From an uncultured virus (IMG/VR IMGVR_UViG_3300010148_000009) (Duplodnaviria; Heunggongvirae; Uroviricota; Caudoviricetes): a stretch of 64,000 nt of DNA. Made by a program: the position numbers and the translations under genes. How positions within the stretch are numbered: the first letter of the stretch is position 1; every line of letters starts with the position of its first letter. The notes beneath the pieces are model-generated. The model did no database searches and was not told the origin of the DNA. It saw nothing but the letters and a program-made list of their open reading frames with translations. Positions 41,143 through 50,535 of the stretch are shown one piece after another. Where the stretch lies: the IMG/VR virus record IMGVR_UViG_3300010148_000009; one strand, 5' to 3'.

Positions 41143-42486
41143 TTAAGAAGTAGCAGGCGTAACGGCAATAGCCTGTGGAGTTTTCGTAGGTTCTCCAGGA
41201 CCAAATCCATAATCGCTCAATCTCTGATCAGGCTCAGCAAATAAGAAAATACCGTTTTCAGTATCATTAGCTCCACCAACTTGTGAAGAAAATGTAATGT
41301 CAACAGTCTTATTGTCCCCAATCGAAGCGGTAAACGCTTGCGTATCCATAATAGCATTACGCATAATATAGGTTATAGCTTGGTTCTTTCCGCAACGGTC
41401 AGCCATGATAATAGCAATATCACGCTTTTGCTCAGCGTTACAAATCAACTCATCAAGACTACCATCAGTAAAGTCAGTCATTAATGCTGAGGCATTAAGA
41501 GTCATAGTAACAGGGAAGTCAGTCTTCCGTTTGAATGGGAAGTGATTTCCAAGTCTAGTTAATGGTGTACGAGAAATAGGTATATCAAGAGATACACTTT
41601 GAACATGAACAGCAGTGTTGCCCGTTCCAAGAGCTCCTCCAGAACCTCCAAGCCTAGCGCCACCAGTAAGAAGGTCACCAGCGCTTTTTGATCCAGAAAA
41701 GTATCCAGCAGCGTCAAAGTCTACAACAATATCACCAGGACGAATAGCAAACAATTCTGTGCTTCCAACCGTGATGTCTCCGTCGCTAGAACTAATAGAT
41801 TCAAACCCATTAGGATGGGTGGTTGTTGTCGCCGAGGGTGTGGATGCAGTTGAGAAAACTACCTTGTTTTGTAGTTTAGCTCCAGTTGTCGAATCAACAT
41901 CAATAGCGGGATTATCAACATTTTGTCCAGACAAGTCGGATTTAAACAAAATATTAGAAGCTTCAACAGAAACACTAGCTGTAGCAAGTTCACCTACTGC
42001 AGCGGTAATTCCATAACTAGTAATAAATCCGTTACCAATTCCAATTACTCCATGATTTCCATCTTGCAAATTTCCACCATGAACATCAGTTCCTTCTGGA
42101 GAAGTAACAATGTAATAATTTAATTCATCTCTATTTGCCGTACCCTTAATGATTTCTGCAGCCATTGGAGTAGGACTAGTTACTGGAAAACTACTAGCAC
42201 TATTAAGGTCAAATCCTAATTTTTGTTCTTGGGTTCCATCCGTTAAATAATAAGAAAAGTCTAACGAAACTGTTGGAGGCTCAGTTACTTCTCTCGAAAG
42301 AGCAGCAAGTTGACCGAACTCATTGATATCAGTACGAGAAACTTCGAGGTTGTAACTCATGTCCTGAACACGATTGATCTCCTGAATATTGCCTTGGGTA
42401 CTACCACCTTTTAAATCGGTGTCATTGTCACCCAAACCGCTAACAAAAAGAGATTCACTCTGATAAATAATTCTATCGGTTGTCAT
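41143..42486 (-). CDS. Major tail (tube) protein
   Basis: RVQDMSYNLEVSRTDINEFG; two-fold internal repeat; Gly/Ser/Thr-rich; position after neck genes; own terminator. Confidence 0.7.
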   Translation of the reverse strand: MTTDRIIYQSESLFVSGLGDNDTDLKGGSTQGNIQEINRVQDMSYNLEVSRTDINEFGQLAALSREVTEPPTVSLDFSYYLTDGTQEQKLGFDLNSASSFPVTSPTPMAAEIIKGTANRDELNYYIVTSPEGTDVHGGNLQDGNHGVIGIGNGFITSYGITAAVGELATASVSVEASNILFKSDLSGQNVDNPAIDVDSTTGAKLQNKVVFSTASTPSATTTTHPNGFESISSSDGDITVGSTELFAIRPGDIVVDFDAAGYFSGSKSAGDLLTGGARLGGSGGALGTGNTAVHVQSVSLDIPISRTPLTRLGNHFPFKRKTDFPVTMTLNASALMTDFTDGSLDELICNAEQKRDIAIIMADRCGKNQAITYIMRNAIMDTQAFTASIGDNKTVDITFSSQVGGANDTENGIFLFAEPDQRLSDYGFGPGEPTKTPQAIAVTPATS

Positions 42487-42549
42487 AATATATTATAATA
42501 AAAATTGTTATGTATTTGTAATTACAGTAAAAGTATTAAAATGTGAAAT

Positions 42550-43425
42550 TTATCTGGAAAAAATTTGCCTTGGATTTCTAGGCTTAGAAACTTGAATATC
42601 TAAAAATCCTATCTTAAAGTCTTTTGAGCTTGTTATTCTTTCTCTACTTCTATCCGTTAGTTTAGAGGCTATAACCTCTTCAATAAAGCACCTAGAGCTT
42701 GAAGACTTAGATAATGCATCATACTTATATGGATGAGATTTTATGTGAGAAAACTCTCCATAAGGAAAATCTTCAAAATCTATTAAAGAAAATTTTGTTC
42801 TCGCAGAGTCTCTAATTATAGATAGTATACCATCAAGAGTATAATTTGAGTCTGCAACAACCACAGCTCTAACATTTGAAACTGTATTATCCAATCCCCC
42901 AAAAGCAAAAGGTTGATTTTCTGAATTTGCTAAAGTTAAGAAAACTGCAGGTACTGTATATATCTTACTACTGAATCCCCCACTTGTTTGAAGATATGTT
43001 TGATTTACAGGAGATATTATAAAATCATTATTTAATATTACATTCTCCTCTGTCTCATCTGTTATGTAGACATTTACTGTTTTATAAGCAAAATCTCCAG
43101 TAATACTTAATGTCTTACTCGCTCCATAAACAGAAGTATCAACAAGCACCCTGCCATTATTATAATCTATATATATACCATTTTTATCTGTTACTGTTGA
43201 TCCGCTAATGGTTACAAAGTCATTTACTGTAATCTTATCAGAAGCTGATACAAATTGCCTGTAAGGGCTGTAATAAGCATGATAATTGGATGGTACATCC
43301 AAAGTGTCTACATATTCAAATGTGTGAGATATAGCTGGTTTATAAGCTTCTGCGAAATAATTTAATCTATCATCAAACCATAGATATAAACTAGATAATA
43401 AATCATGATCAAACCCTACATTCAT
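42550..43425 (-). CDS. Putative tail completion/terminator protein
   Basis: Synteny upstream of the tail tube gene; VPAVFL..ENQPFAFGG. Confidence 0.5.
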   Translation of the reverse strand: MNVGFDHDLLSSLYLWFDDRLNYFAEAYKPAISHTFEYVDTLDVPSNYHAYYSPYRQFVSASDKITVNDFVTISGSTVTDKNGIYIDYNNGRVLVDTSVYGASKTLSITGDFAYKTVNVYITDETEENVILNNDFIISPVNQTYLQTSGGFSSKIYTVPAVFLTLANSENQPFAFGGLDNTVSNVRAVVVADSNYTLDGILSIIRDSARTKFSLIDFEDFPYGEFSHIKSHPYKYDALSKSSSSRCFIEEVIASKLTDRSRERITSSKDFKIGFLDIQVSKPRNPRQIFSR

Positions 43426-44027
43426 TTTATCATTTCCCTAATATTTTTTTGAAGATTGTTAAGTATTTCTGATAAATATTTAGTATTACTATAACCCCCC
43501 GCTCTAAATCTTTGATTACCTTGTACTGCTGGTCCAGACCTACTTTTAGGTAATGTTTCGTCTTGTTCGTAAATATACTGACCAAATCCAGACATTCCTT
43601 GTTCTATTCCTTGAGCCCAGCTTCTGCCAGCAGCCCAAGGATTTGGGGCAGCTGCAAAAATTTCTTCTTTTGATGGTAGTTCTACAATGAATTTTGTTAT
43701 CATTGACCTATGATTAGATGGTACGCTTCTTATAGTTAAAGCTTTATTTAATATAGCTCTTATAGGTCCAATTGGATCCATGCCATACTCAAAACCGATA
43801 AATGAAAATAAATTTCCATATCCATTAAGCGTACCACTTTTATTAGATGCGTCTGGACCACCCTCGATTTCCTTTGTTACTGGGTGGCTTTCAAATTCTT
43901 TAATCATTTGCATTCTAGCTTTTTCCGCCCCATCTCTAATCTTTTTTTCAGCTATTTTACCCACAATTGGGCCGACTTGAGAGTTCATAATTTTTCGCAA
44001 TTTATTTTCGTTAATTGTTACTTTCAT
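43422..44027 (-). CDS. Putative neck/tail-completion protein
   Basis: Synteny; WAQGIEQG motif. Confidence 0.45.
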   Translation of the reverse strand: MKVTINENKLRKIMNSQVGPIVGKIAEKKIRDGAEKARMQMIKEFESHPVTKEIEGGPDASNKSGTLNGYGNLFSFIGFEYGMDPIGPIRAILNKALTIRSVPSNHRSMITKFIVELPSKEEIFAAAPNPWAAGRSWAQGIEQGMSGFGQYIYEQDETLPKSRSGPAVQGNQRFRAGGYSNTKYLSEILNNLQKNIREMIK

Positions 44028-44467
44028 TATCCCCTCCTTTTTAGTAATACATTATAATATTTTATAGAAAACATACCAGCTTTAGAGGCGTCAGAAACAA
44101 CATCATATAAATCTCCATCAACTTCAATTTCAGACGCTTCTTTTATTAAATCGTATCCAGTTGAATTTATTTTTATTCTAACATGATCTACTGGAATATC
44201 AAAACCTAAAATTTCATTTTCTTGAGTCTCTTTCCCAGAGTTTCCAGAATAAGCTATTCTCGCTTTTAAGGTAAAAGCTTCGACTGTTTTTTCGGAGCCT
44301 TTTTCGTTTTTAATTCTTGAGTATAAAGCGTTATACGTACTATTCGTAGCTACAAATACTTTTTTTGATTTTTTGTATATTACTATCTCTCTAGCGAAAG
44401 TATCATGTAAATCATCAAATACTCCATCAAATGCAGATTTTTCCCCGCTGGACAATAAGTCTGTCAT
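44027..44467 (-). CDS. Putative head-closure protein
   Basis: Synteny; IEVDGDLYDV beta-barrel-like motif. Confidence 0.5.
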   Translation of the reverse strand: MTDLLSSGEKSAFDGVFDDLHDTFAREIVIYKKSKKVFVATNSTYNALYSRIKNEKGSEKTVEAFTLKARIAYSGNSGKETQENEILGFDIPVDHVRIKINSTGYDLIKEASEIEVDGDLYDVVSDASKAGMFSIKYYNVLLKRRG

Positions 44468-44469
44468 AA

Positions 44470-45108
44470 TTATTCATTTTGTGCAGAAAAAAATGGATCA
44501 AATGCTTCGTTATTATTAACGCTTGATCCACTTGAAGCCGCTGTAGCCGTAGGCGTTTCTTCAACATTTTTAATTTCACATTCAGAAGCGCCAGCTTCTA
44601 AGCTAACAACTTGCCTTGGTCTAGACCTATACATATTATATGAGTGAACTAATTCACTCAATTTAATATCAGCTTCTTCTGAAAATGTTTTATATGTCTG
44701 CGCAACTTGAACTTTTTGCTGTGGACTAGAAACTTGAGCTACTCTTCTTATTGAAGAATCTCCTTCTCTTAATTCCGTCCAATCTGACATCGTAGTTACC
44801 GATGTGCTTGGAGTTGTATAAGTTGAGCTACTTAGATTTTTTAGTATATTTTGACTTTCTCTCTTATAATGAGCTTTTAGATATAACTGCATAAAAATAG
44901 CTATCTCTTCATCCATTAAAGCTGGAGAAACATTATTACTTGAATCTACCCTAAAAGAAGTATTCAGTAATATATTTAACTGTCCTATATTCGTCTCTAG
45001 CCAAGCAGATATACGAGTTTTAAAAGCTGCTATTTCTTCTGGTGTTGCAACTTCTGCGTAAAACTCGTTATTATATATGTTTTCCGCAATGACATCAAGA
45101 TGACCCAT
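44470..45108 (-). CDS. Putative head-tail adaptor
   Basis: Synteny; helical N-terminus, ELREGDSSI. Confidence 0.5.
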   Translation of the reverse strand: MGHLDVIAENIYNNEFYAEVATPEEIAAFKTRISAWLETNIGQLNILLNTSFRVDSSNNVSPALMDEEIAIFMQLYLKAHYKRESQNILKNLSSSTYTTPSTSVTTMSDWTELREGDSSIRRVAQVSSPQQKVQVAQTYKTFSEEADIKLSELVHSYNMYRSRPRQVVSLEAGASECEIKNVEETPTATAASSGSSVNNNEAFDPFFSAQNE

Positions 45109-45112
45109 GAAA

Positions 45113-45544
45113 TTAAAGTATATTAAAAAGTTTCTTTTGCTCTTCTGTCATGTTACCATAATCAGCAACAGACTTGGTTGTTTGCATAATTTTACCTTTT
45201 CCAAGGAAGTGTCGATTTCTAAACTCTTTCTTAAGCTTGTTTTTTAAAGTGGTTCTATTCCCAGACGGAAACACTCCAACTTCCACAGCAAGAGATTGAA
45301 GCTCGGGAATTGTCATATCGCCCATATTAACCTCGAAATCTTCTTCACTATTAGCTTTAAATGGATTGTGTTTACTTGCTGGATTAAGAAGGTCTTCCAA
45401 ATCTCTCACCCTTTGTGTTTCGTCCGCTTGTGCGGCCTTACCATCGGTATATTGCATTTTCTTCTCTTTGCTGGCTGGCTTTTTAGCAACCGCTTTTTTT
45501 GCTTTTGTTTTAGCTTGTTTTGTAGTTGTTTTTCTAGATTTCAT
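45113..45544 (-). CDS. Hypothetical basic protein (possible HeH/Rho-N-like helix pair)
   Basis: Lys-rich N-terminus; MTIPELQSLAVEVGV..RTTLKNKL. Confidence 0.6.
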   Translation of the reverse strand: MKSRKTTTKQAKTKAKKAVAKKPASKEKKMQYTDGKAAQADETQRVRDLEDLLNPASKHNPFKANSEEDFEVNMGDMTIPELQSLAVEVGVFPSGNRTTLKNKLKKEFRNRHFLGKGKIMQTTKSVADYGNMTEEQKKLFNIL

Positions 45545-45591
45545 AATTATAAAACTATAGGTTCTTACACTTTTATAGTAAATCTGGGAAT

Positions 45592-45621
45592 AAAAAAATC
45601 CACCCGTAGGTGGATTTTTTT
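45592..45621 (-). terminator. Rho-independent (bidirectional-looking) terminator after the major capsid gene
   Basis: AAAAAAATCCACC-CGTA-GGTGGATTTTTTT perfect inverted repeat. Confidence 0.9.
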
Positions 45622-45648
45622 AAACTCTTAGTATGTATAAAGACTATC

Positions 45649-46842
45649 TTATACAACGATTCCTGTAACGGCGCGGCTATCGAGAACCATACGTCCTTCT
45701 TCCATCTGACCGTAGTATCCGATTTTGTTCTGGCGAACAGAATACTGGTCATCAGCAATAAGACGAAGCTCAGCTCCAGAATCAGCATCAACTGCAACGG
45801 CGCGCATAAGCGAGTCGCGTCCACGGTCAATACCGATAACGATTTCGTCACCACTTTGATCGAACTCACCAGCTTCATCAGTTGAGTGACCAATGTTACC
45901 AGAAGGAACTCCAGGATCAACCTTTGTAGGTGTTTGAGCAACGCCACTACTGCTAATACCACCGCTGTTAAGCAGGGCCTTGTAGACGTCGTTGAAACGT
46001 TGTCCAACTCCAAGCTCATTGATCTCAGTCAATGTAATGCCGTAAAGCTCGGAAGCTCCAGCATTGTTGTACATGTCGTTACGCATCGATTCAGTTGCGG
46101 GAAGAACATCTCCAGCTTGTTTAGCACCAGCTGTTCCACTACCCTTACTGTTAATCGGATTGTAAGCCATTGCACGAACTTCACCCATCACTTCAGGAGA
46201 AATAAGCAAGTCTGTTACTCCACGAGTACCAGAAACAGGTGTTCCACCATTCCATGCGGTGTTGATCCTCTTAGCGCGAGTAAGAAGAGCGTTAACGTCA
46301 GCCAAAAGGAATTGGTTAGCGTTAGCAGACTTAACAACATGGCTTTGGCTATTTGTCGAAGCGACAGCTAAGACACCAAGTACCAAGTTAGCAGAGGTAT
46401 TCTCTTGCTTAATCAGAAGTTCCTGAGCAACACGAGTAAATGTCTTGCTTACTACATCAAGCCTGGACTTAGCAGCATAACGACGATCAAAATCGACGGC
46501 TGTTTCCATGCGGTATGTAGCAAACTTCAATTCACTGTGAGTAGGAATAACAGAGTTGGAAGGAAGACCGCCAGCAACAGATTGACTGTATACTTCGAGG
46601 TAATCCGAACCAGTTACATCATGATAAAGATCCAAAGGAATGGAAGGGTTATCATCATCATTGAAAGAAAAGCTTGTGAACATATTGCTCAATGTGGGAG
46701 CGTTGTTCATGATCTCCGAAAGTACGGGACCAATGAACTCAGCAGCAGCAGCTTGAGCTTCATGTGCGACATTACGATTCTTAGAAGCCATAGCTTTTAC
46801 AAGCTCGACTTGTTCTTCAGTGCGTTTTAAAGTAATATTCAT
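45649..46842 (-). CDS. Major capsid protein
   Basis: 397 aa, after scaffold and decoration genes; strong SD (AAAGGA); high-expression codon bias; own terminator; HK97-like C-terminus GYYGQMEEGRMVLD. Confidence 0.8.
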   Translation of the reverse strand: MNITLKRTEEQVELVKAMASKNRNVAHEAQAAAAEFIGPVLSEIMNNAPTLSNMFTSFSFNDDDNPSIPLDLYHDVTGSDYLEVYSQSVAGGLPSNSVIPTHSELKFATYRMETAVDFDRRYAAKSRLDVVSKTFTRVAQELLIKQENTSANLVLGVLAVASTNSQSHVVKSANANQFLLADVNALLTRAKRINTAWNGGTPVSGTRGVTDLLISPEVMGEVRAMAYNPINSKGSGTAGAKQAGDVLPATESMRNDMYNNAGASELYGITLTEINELGVGQRFNDVYKALLNSGGISSSGVAQTPTKVDPGVPSGNIGHSTDEAGEFDQSGDEIVIGIDRGRDSLMRAVAVDADSGAELRLIADDQYSVRQNKIGYYGQMEEGRMVLDSRAVTGIVV

Positions 46843-46864
46843 TTTCTTTATATCCTTTCTTAGA

Positions 46865-47545
46865 TTAGATTGTGCCGATCATTACTAGGGCAACATTTTT
46901 TCCGCCATTCGTGCCTGTGGCAAGAACGCGACCTGCTTGGACTACACTACTACTACCTTCGAGGGTAGAAAGTGCAGCACCAGCAAATTGACCGTTAGCA
47001 TTTGCACCTGTCAAAACTTGACCAGGTGTAACTCCAGTAGCAATAGCATTTCCGTCACTAGCAGTACCAACTGTCATCGTGAACATTCCACGAGTAGCAA
47101 CAGGAACAGTTTCTCCAGGAAGAACAGCTTGAAGCTCTTCTAACTTACGGCGATAATAGAGAAGCTTTTCTCCGTTTTCGTCATAAGCAAGTGTGGGCTT
47201 AAGTGTAAGCCCAAGAAAATCTCTTGAGGCTGAACTTGCTAATCCAACAACCATAGGTGCTTCAGGATAAGGATTTCCTTCTTGCAAAGCAAATCCTTGA
47301 TCGCCAGAACCAATGGCTCCAAGATAAGATTTCGATGTTAACGTGGGATCATCACCGCCAAGCAGCGTACTGCCTGAATCAACAGCTACCCCAGTTCCAC
47401 TCCAATTAGCGCCATTATTAGCTGCTGTAGATCCAACCTTAAGGTTGATAAGATCTGCACCAGGTGTAATACTAGCGTAATCTAACGCGAAAAGGTTGAT
47501 AACATCCTTTTCGTCATATTGTCTAAATGGTAATAATTTATGCAT
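46865..47545 (-). CDS. Capsid decoration/cement protein
   Basis: Small Gly/Ala-rich beta protein directly upstream of the capsid gene; VPVATRG. Confidence 0.6.
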   Translation of the reverse strand: MHKLLPFRQYDEKDVINLFALDYASITPGADLINLKVGSTAANNGANWSGTGVAVDSGSTLLGGDDPTLTSKSYLGAIGSGDQGFALQEGNPYPEAPMVVGLASSASRDFLGLTLKPTLAYDENGEKLLYYRRKLEELQAVLPGETVPVATRGMFTMTVGTASDGNAIATGVTPGQVLTGANANGQFAGAALSTLEGSSSVVQAGRVLATGTNGGKNVALVMIGTI

Positions 47546-47558
47546 TTTTTAATATTTG

Positions 47559-49166
47559 TTAAAGTTTGATTGAAATATTTTCCTTAGCAAAAGCGCTTGC
47601 GAACTTTTCTCTAAGAGACTCTTCTTCAACTGCAGTAGATGTATTGTTGTTAGCAACAACTTCTTCTTCTGCAACTGCGCTTTCAAGAACTTCTTCAACT
47701 TCTTCGGAAGCTTCAACTTCTTCAGTTGCAACTTCTTCGGATGCTTCGGATGTTTCACCTTGTAAGCGTTTTTGAACTTCAGCTTCAAGCTTTTCTTCGA
47801 AAAGTTTTTCTTGTTCAGCTAAATATTCTTTGTTCTTATGTGCCCACATAACAGCAAGCTTGGACTTATACTCATCAAAAGAAGAATCTTCAATGTCAAG
47901 AGCTTCAACTTCGGAAGCTAAAACCTGACGATCTTCTTCGGATAACTCATAAGTCGCATCGACTTCTTCCATGCGAGCATTAAAAGCCTCTTCGCTTTTG
48001 CGAGATTCAATTTCCTCGCCCAAAGTAGAAACTTGGCTTTCTGCGGCTTCGAGCTTTGTTTTCAGATCTTCAAGATCTTTCTTCATAGCATCTTCAGCTT
48101 CAGCAAGCTTTATTTTTTCTTCTTCAAGAGCGAGAAGTTCTTTTTCATATTGTTCGCTTTTGGATTTGATAGCATCTCCAATAACGCGACCAACATTAGC
48201 CACTGTTTCTTGAGTGAACTCATGACCAGGCATTTTTTCATCAAGAAGGGCTTTAAAGTCTTCTAATAATTCTTGTTTTTCCATAATAGAAAGTTTTGTT
48301 ATAGATTCATTTACATGTAAAAATTCATTTTGTGAAATATTTTTTTTATTTTTTAAAATATTTTTTTTATTATCGACTTCTATTCGTTCGACTGCTTCGG
48401 TTTCATTTTCCTCTTCGGAGTCACCTTTTTTTTTATCTTTGTGGATATAAATACCTTTTACATCTGCAGCTGGATTAGCAGTAAAGCCTATACCTAATGG
48501 GTAAACTTCGCCAACTACCAATCTATATAAAGGCGTTCCGTCATTCATAGCTCCTTCTCCATCAAAAGCTTTCAAGTATTGAGATAATTCTTTTACATGT
48601 TTTTCTTCGCTAATAATCTCAGCTTCTTTTAAATTCTTACTTCCAGCAGCTAAAACATAATCATTAAATCCTAATTCCCAGCTTGCGGAAACAGTTTGAT
48701 ACATTTCATCTTCTGCATCCACAGATCTTAATGCTAAGTCTGCAAACTCTCTATTTGCAGCTGCATAAATAACAGCTCCAAGAGCTAAGTTGAAGGGCTC
48801 TTCATTTTCTTCGTTTATAGAGCTTAAGATTTCATCATTATACATTCTTGAAAATCCAGAAGATACTATATGCCCAACAATTTTCTTTTTGTTATGTTCT
48901 ATATTAGTTGGCTTGTGAACAAAATAATCTTTTATAGCTATTGCTGTTTTTGTATCAATTCCGTCGTCATTTTTATTGAATACATTAATTACGGCAGCAT
49001 TAAAAGCCAGTCCTATAAGATCAATATTTTTTTCAAAATCAATATCACTAGGAACTAAAGATTTTAATTGTTCTAATGATGCTTCAGAAATAAATCCATT
49101 ATTTTTAGGATCTTGCTTAGAAGCAATTATTTCATTAGAAAAAGATGTTTTATATTTGTAATTCAT
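47559..49166 (-). CDS. Prohead protease-scaffold fusion
   Basis: N-terminal NKNDD..NIEH..VGH..SASWE..GIGFTANPA; very acidic coiled-coil C-terminus. Confidence 0.75.
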   Translation of the reverse strand: MNYKYKTSFSNEIIASKQDPKNNGFISEASLEQLKSLVPSDIDFEKNIDLIGLAFNAAVINVFNKNDDGIDTKTAIAIKDYFVHKPTNIEHNKKKIVGHIVSSGFSRMYNDEILSSINEENEEPFNLALGAVIYAAANREFADLALRSVDAEDEMYQTVSASWELGFNDYVLAAGSKNLKEAEIISEEKHVKELSQYLKAFDGEGAMNDGTPLYRLVVGEVYPLGIGFTANPAADVKGIYIHKDKKKGDSEEENETEAVERIEVDNKKNILKNKKNISQNEFLHVNESITKLSIMEKQELLEDFKALLDEKMPGHEFTQETVANVGRVIGDAIKSKSEQYEKELLALEEEKIKLAEAEDAMKKDLEDLKTKLEAAESQVSTLGEEIESRKSEEAFNARMEEVDATYELSEEDRQVLASEVEALDIEDSSFDEYKSKLAVMWAHKNKEYLAEQEKLFEEKLEAEVQKRLQGETSEASEEVATEEVEASEEVEEVLESAVAEEEVVANNNTSTAVEEESLREKFASAFAKENISIKL

Positions 49167-49188
49167 GTGCAAATATATTATACACTAA

Positions 49189-50511
49189 TTATTTTTTCTT
49201 TTTCTTTAGTATTGCTTTTTGTAGCGCTGGAGGAAGCTTCTTTTGTTTTTCTGTTAAACCTTTTGAGGACTCCTTAGATTCTTTTTCTTCATTATTGTCT
49301 TTTTTTTCTTTGGAATCTTCAGCTGGCTTCTTGCCTGCTTTTTTCAAAATTGCCTTTTGAAGAGCTGGGGGTAATTTTTTTTGCTTTTCTGTTAGCTCAC
49401 CTTTGGCTCTTTCTAAAGCTTCTTTAGAAGGTCTATCTTTGTCACCAGGTTTTGCGGGGCGATAGTTTTTACCCATCCTTTTCTTTTTATTTCTAATATT
49501 CTCCCACAAACCTTTTCCTTCGGCTTCTTCGTCAAATATATTTTCAAAAAATTCGTCTTGCTCTTCTGTTAGCTCATATTCTTTCAAGTCGATATTTACT
49601 TCAATTTCTTCTTCCATTCCGATTCCAAAATCGCCATCGTCTTCTAAATATGTATATGAAGCTCTTGCTACATCGGAATCAGCCTTTCTGTAGGAGTCTT
49701 TAACTTTACCACCCCTTCTCATTTTGAGGTACATGTTTACTCTAGCCATAGCCCATCCGCCTCTTGTCATTCCTGGCCTATGTGACGTTGAAAAAGCTCC
49801 AGCCCCTCTTCTATATACTTTTTTAAGTTGACCTAGAGTAACTTTCTTACTTGGGTGTTTTTTATTATGCTTAGCTACTTTATTTTGCAAAGCTTTTGTA
49901 ACCTGTTCGCTAAATGTAATTTTTGCTTTTGATATCATATTTTTTTTATCTTTACGTTTTAAAATTTTTTCGGCATCTTTTTTTGCCATAGGTTTTGTAC
50001 CTGCACTACCTGGAGGATTTTTTGAAGACCCTTTTTTTCTTTCATGGGGTTTAGAGGGCGTTTGAGCTGAACTTTTTGCTCCTGGTCTTGAGCTTTCAGA
50101 TTCGTCAAGCATTTCTAAAATTTGATCCTCTTGTTCTTCTTCAGACCCTTGAACTTTTGTTCCAGCCCTCCATTGCCTGCAGGACCAATATCTAGCTTTT
50201 GTTTTTGGTCCAGGATTATCACAATTATGCCTTGCTCTAAAGTTTTTTCTTCTATTAGGGTCATCGCGCTTGATTTCCATGTTAGGATCTCCGAAGTTTA
50301 CCTTTACTACATTACCCTTTTCATTCTTTACATATACAGAAAACTTTTTGGGTCCACCAGGCGTCCTAAAAGGCTTGTTAAGCTTTTTTCCTTTGTTTTT
50401 TTCTGCAGCCCAAGACTCTTCAGAAATAAATTCTTCATCACTATCTTCACAATCACAAAACAGATCGTGAGATTTAATCTCTTTAGAAAAATCGACATTT
50501 ACTTTGTGCAT
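49189..50511 (-). CDS. Mosaic basic head-module protein
   Basis: Modules VNFGDP..FRARH.C..YWSC..W; LKKVYRRGAGAF..WAMARVN; GLWENI..; duplicated LTEKQKKLPPALQKAILKK. Confidence 0.7.
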   Translation of the reverse strand: MHKVNVDFSKEIKSHDLFCDCEDSDEEFISEESWAAEKNKGKKLNKPFRTPGGPKKFSVYVKNEKGNVVKVNFGDPNMEIKRDDPNRRKNFRARHNCDNPGPKTKARYWSCRQWRAGTKVQGSEEEQEDQILEMLDESESSRPGAKSSAQTPSKPHERKKGSSKNPPGSAGTKPMAKKDAEKILKRKDKKNMISKAKITFSEQVTKALQNKVAKHNKKHPSKKVTLGQLKKVYRRGAGAFSTSHRPGMTRGGWAMARVNMYLKMRRGGKVKDSYRKADSDVARASYTYLEDDGDFGIGMEEEIEVNIDLKEYELTEEQDEFFENIFDEEAEGKGLWENIRNKKKRMGKNYRPAKPGDKDRPSKEALERAKGELTEKQKKLPPALQKAILKKAGKKPAEDSKEKKDNNEEKESKESSKGLTEKQKKLPPALQKAILKKKKK

Positions 50512-50535
50512 ACATTAAGATACACAAAAAAAAAT

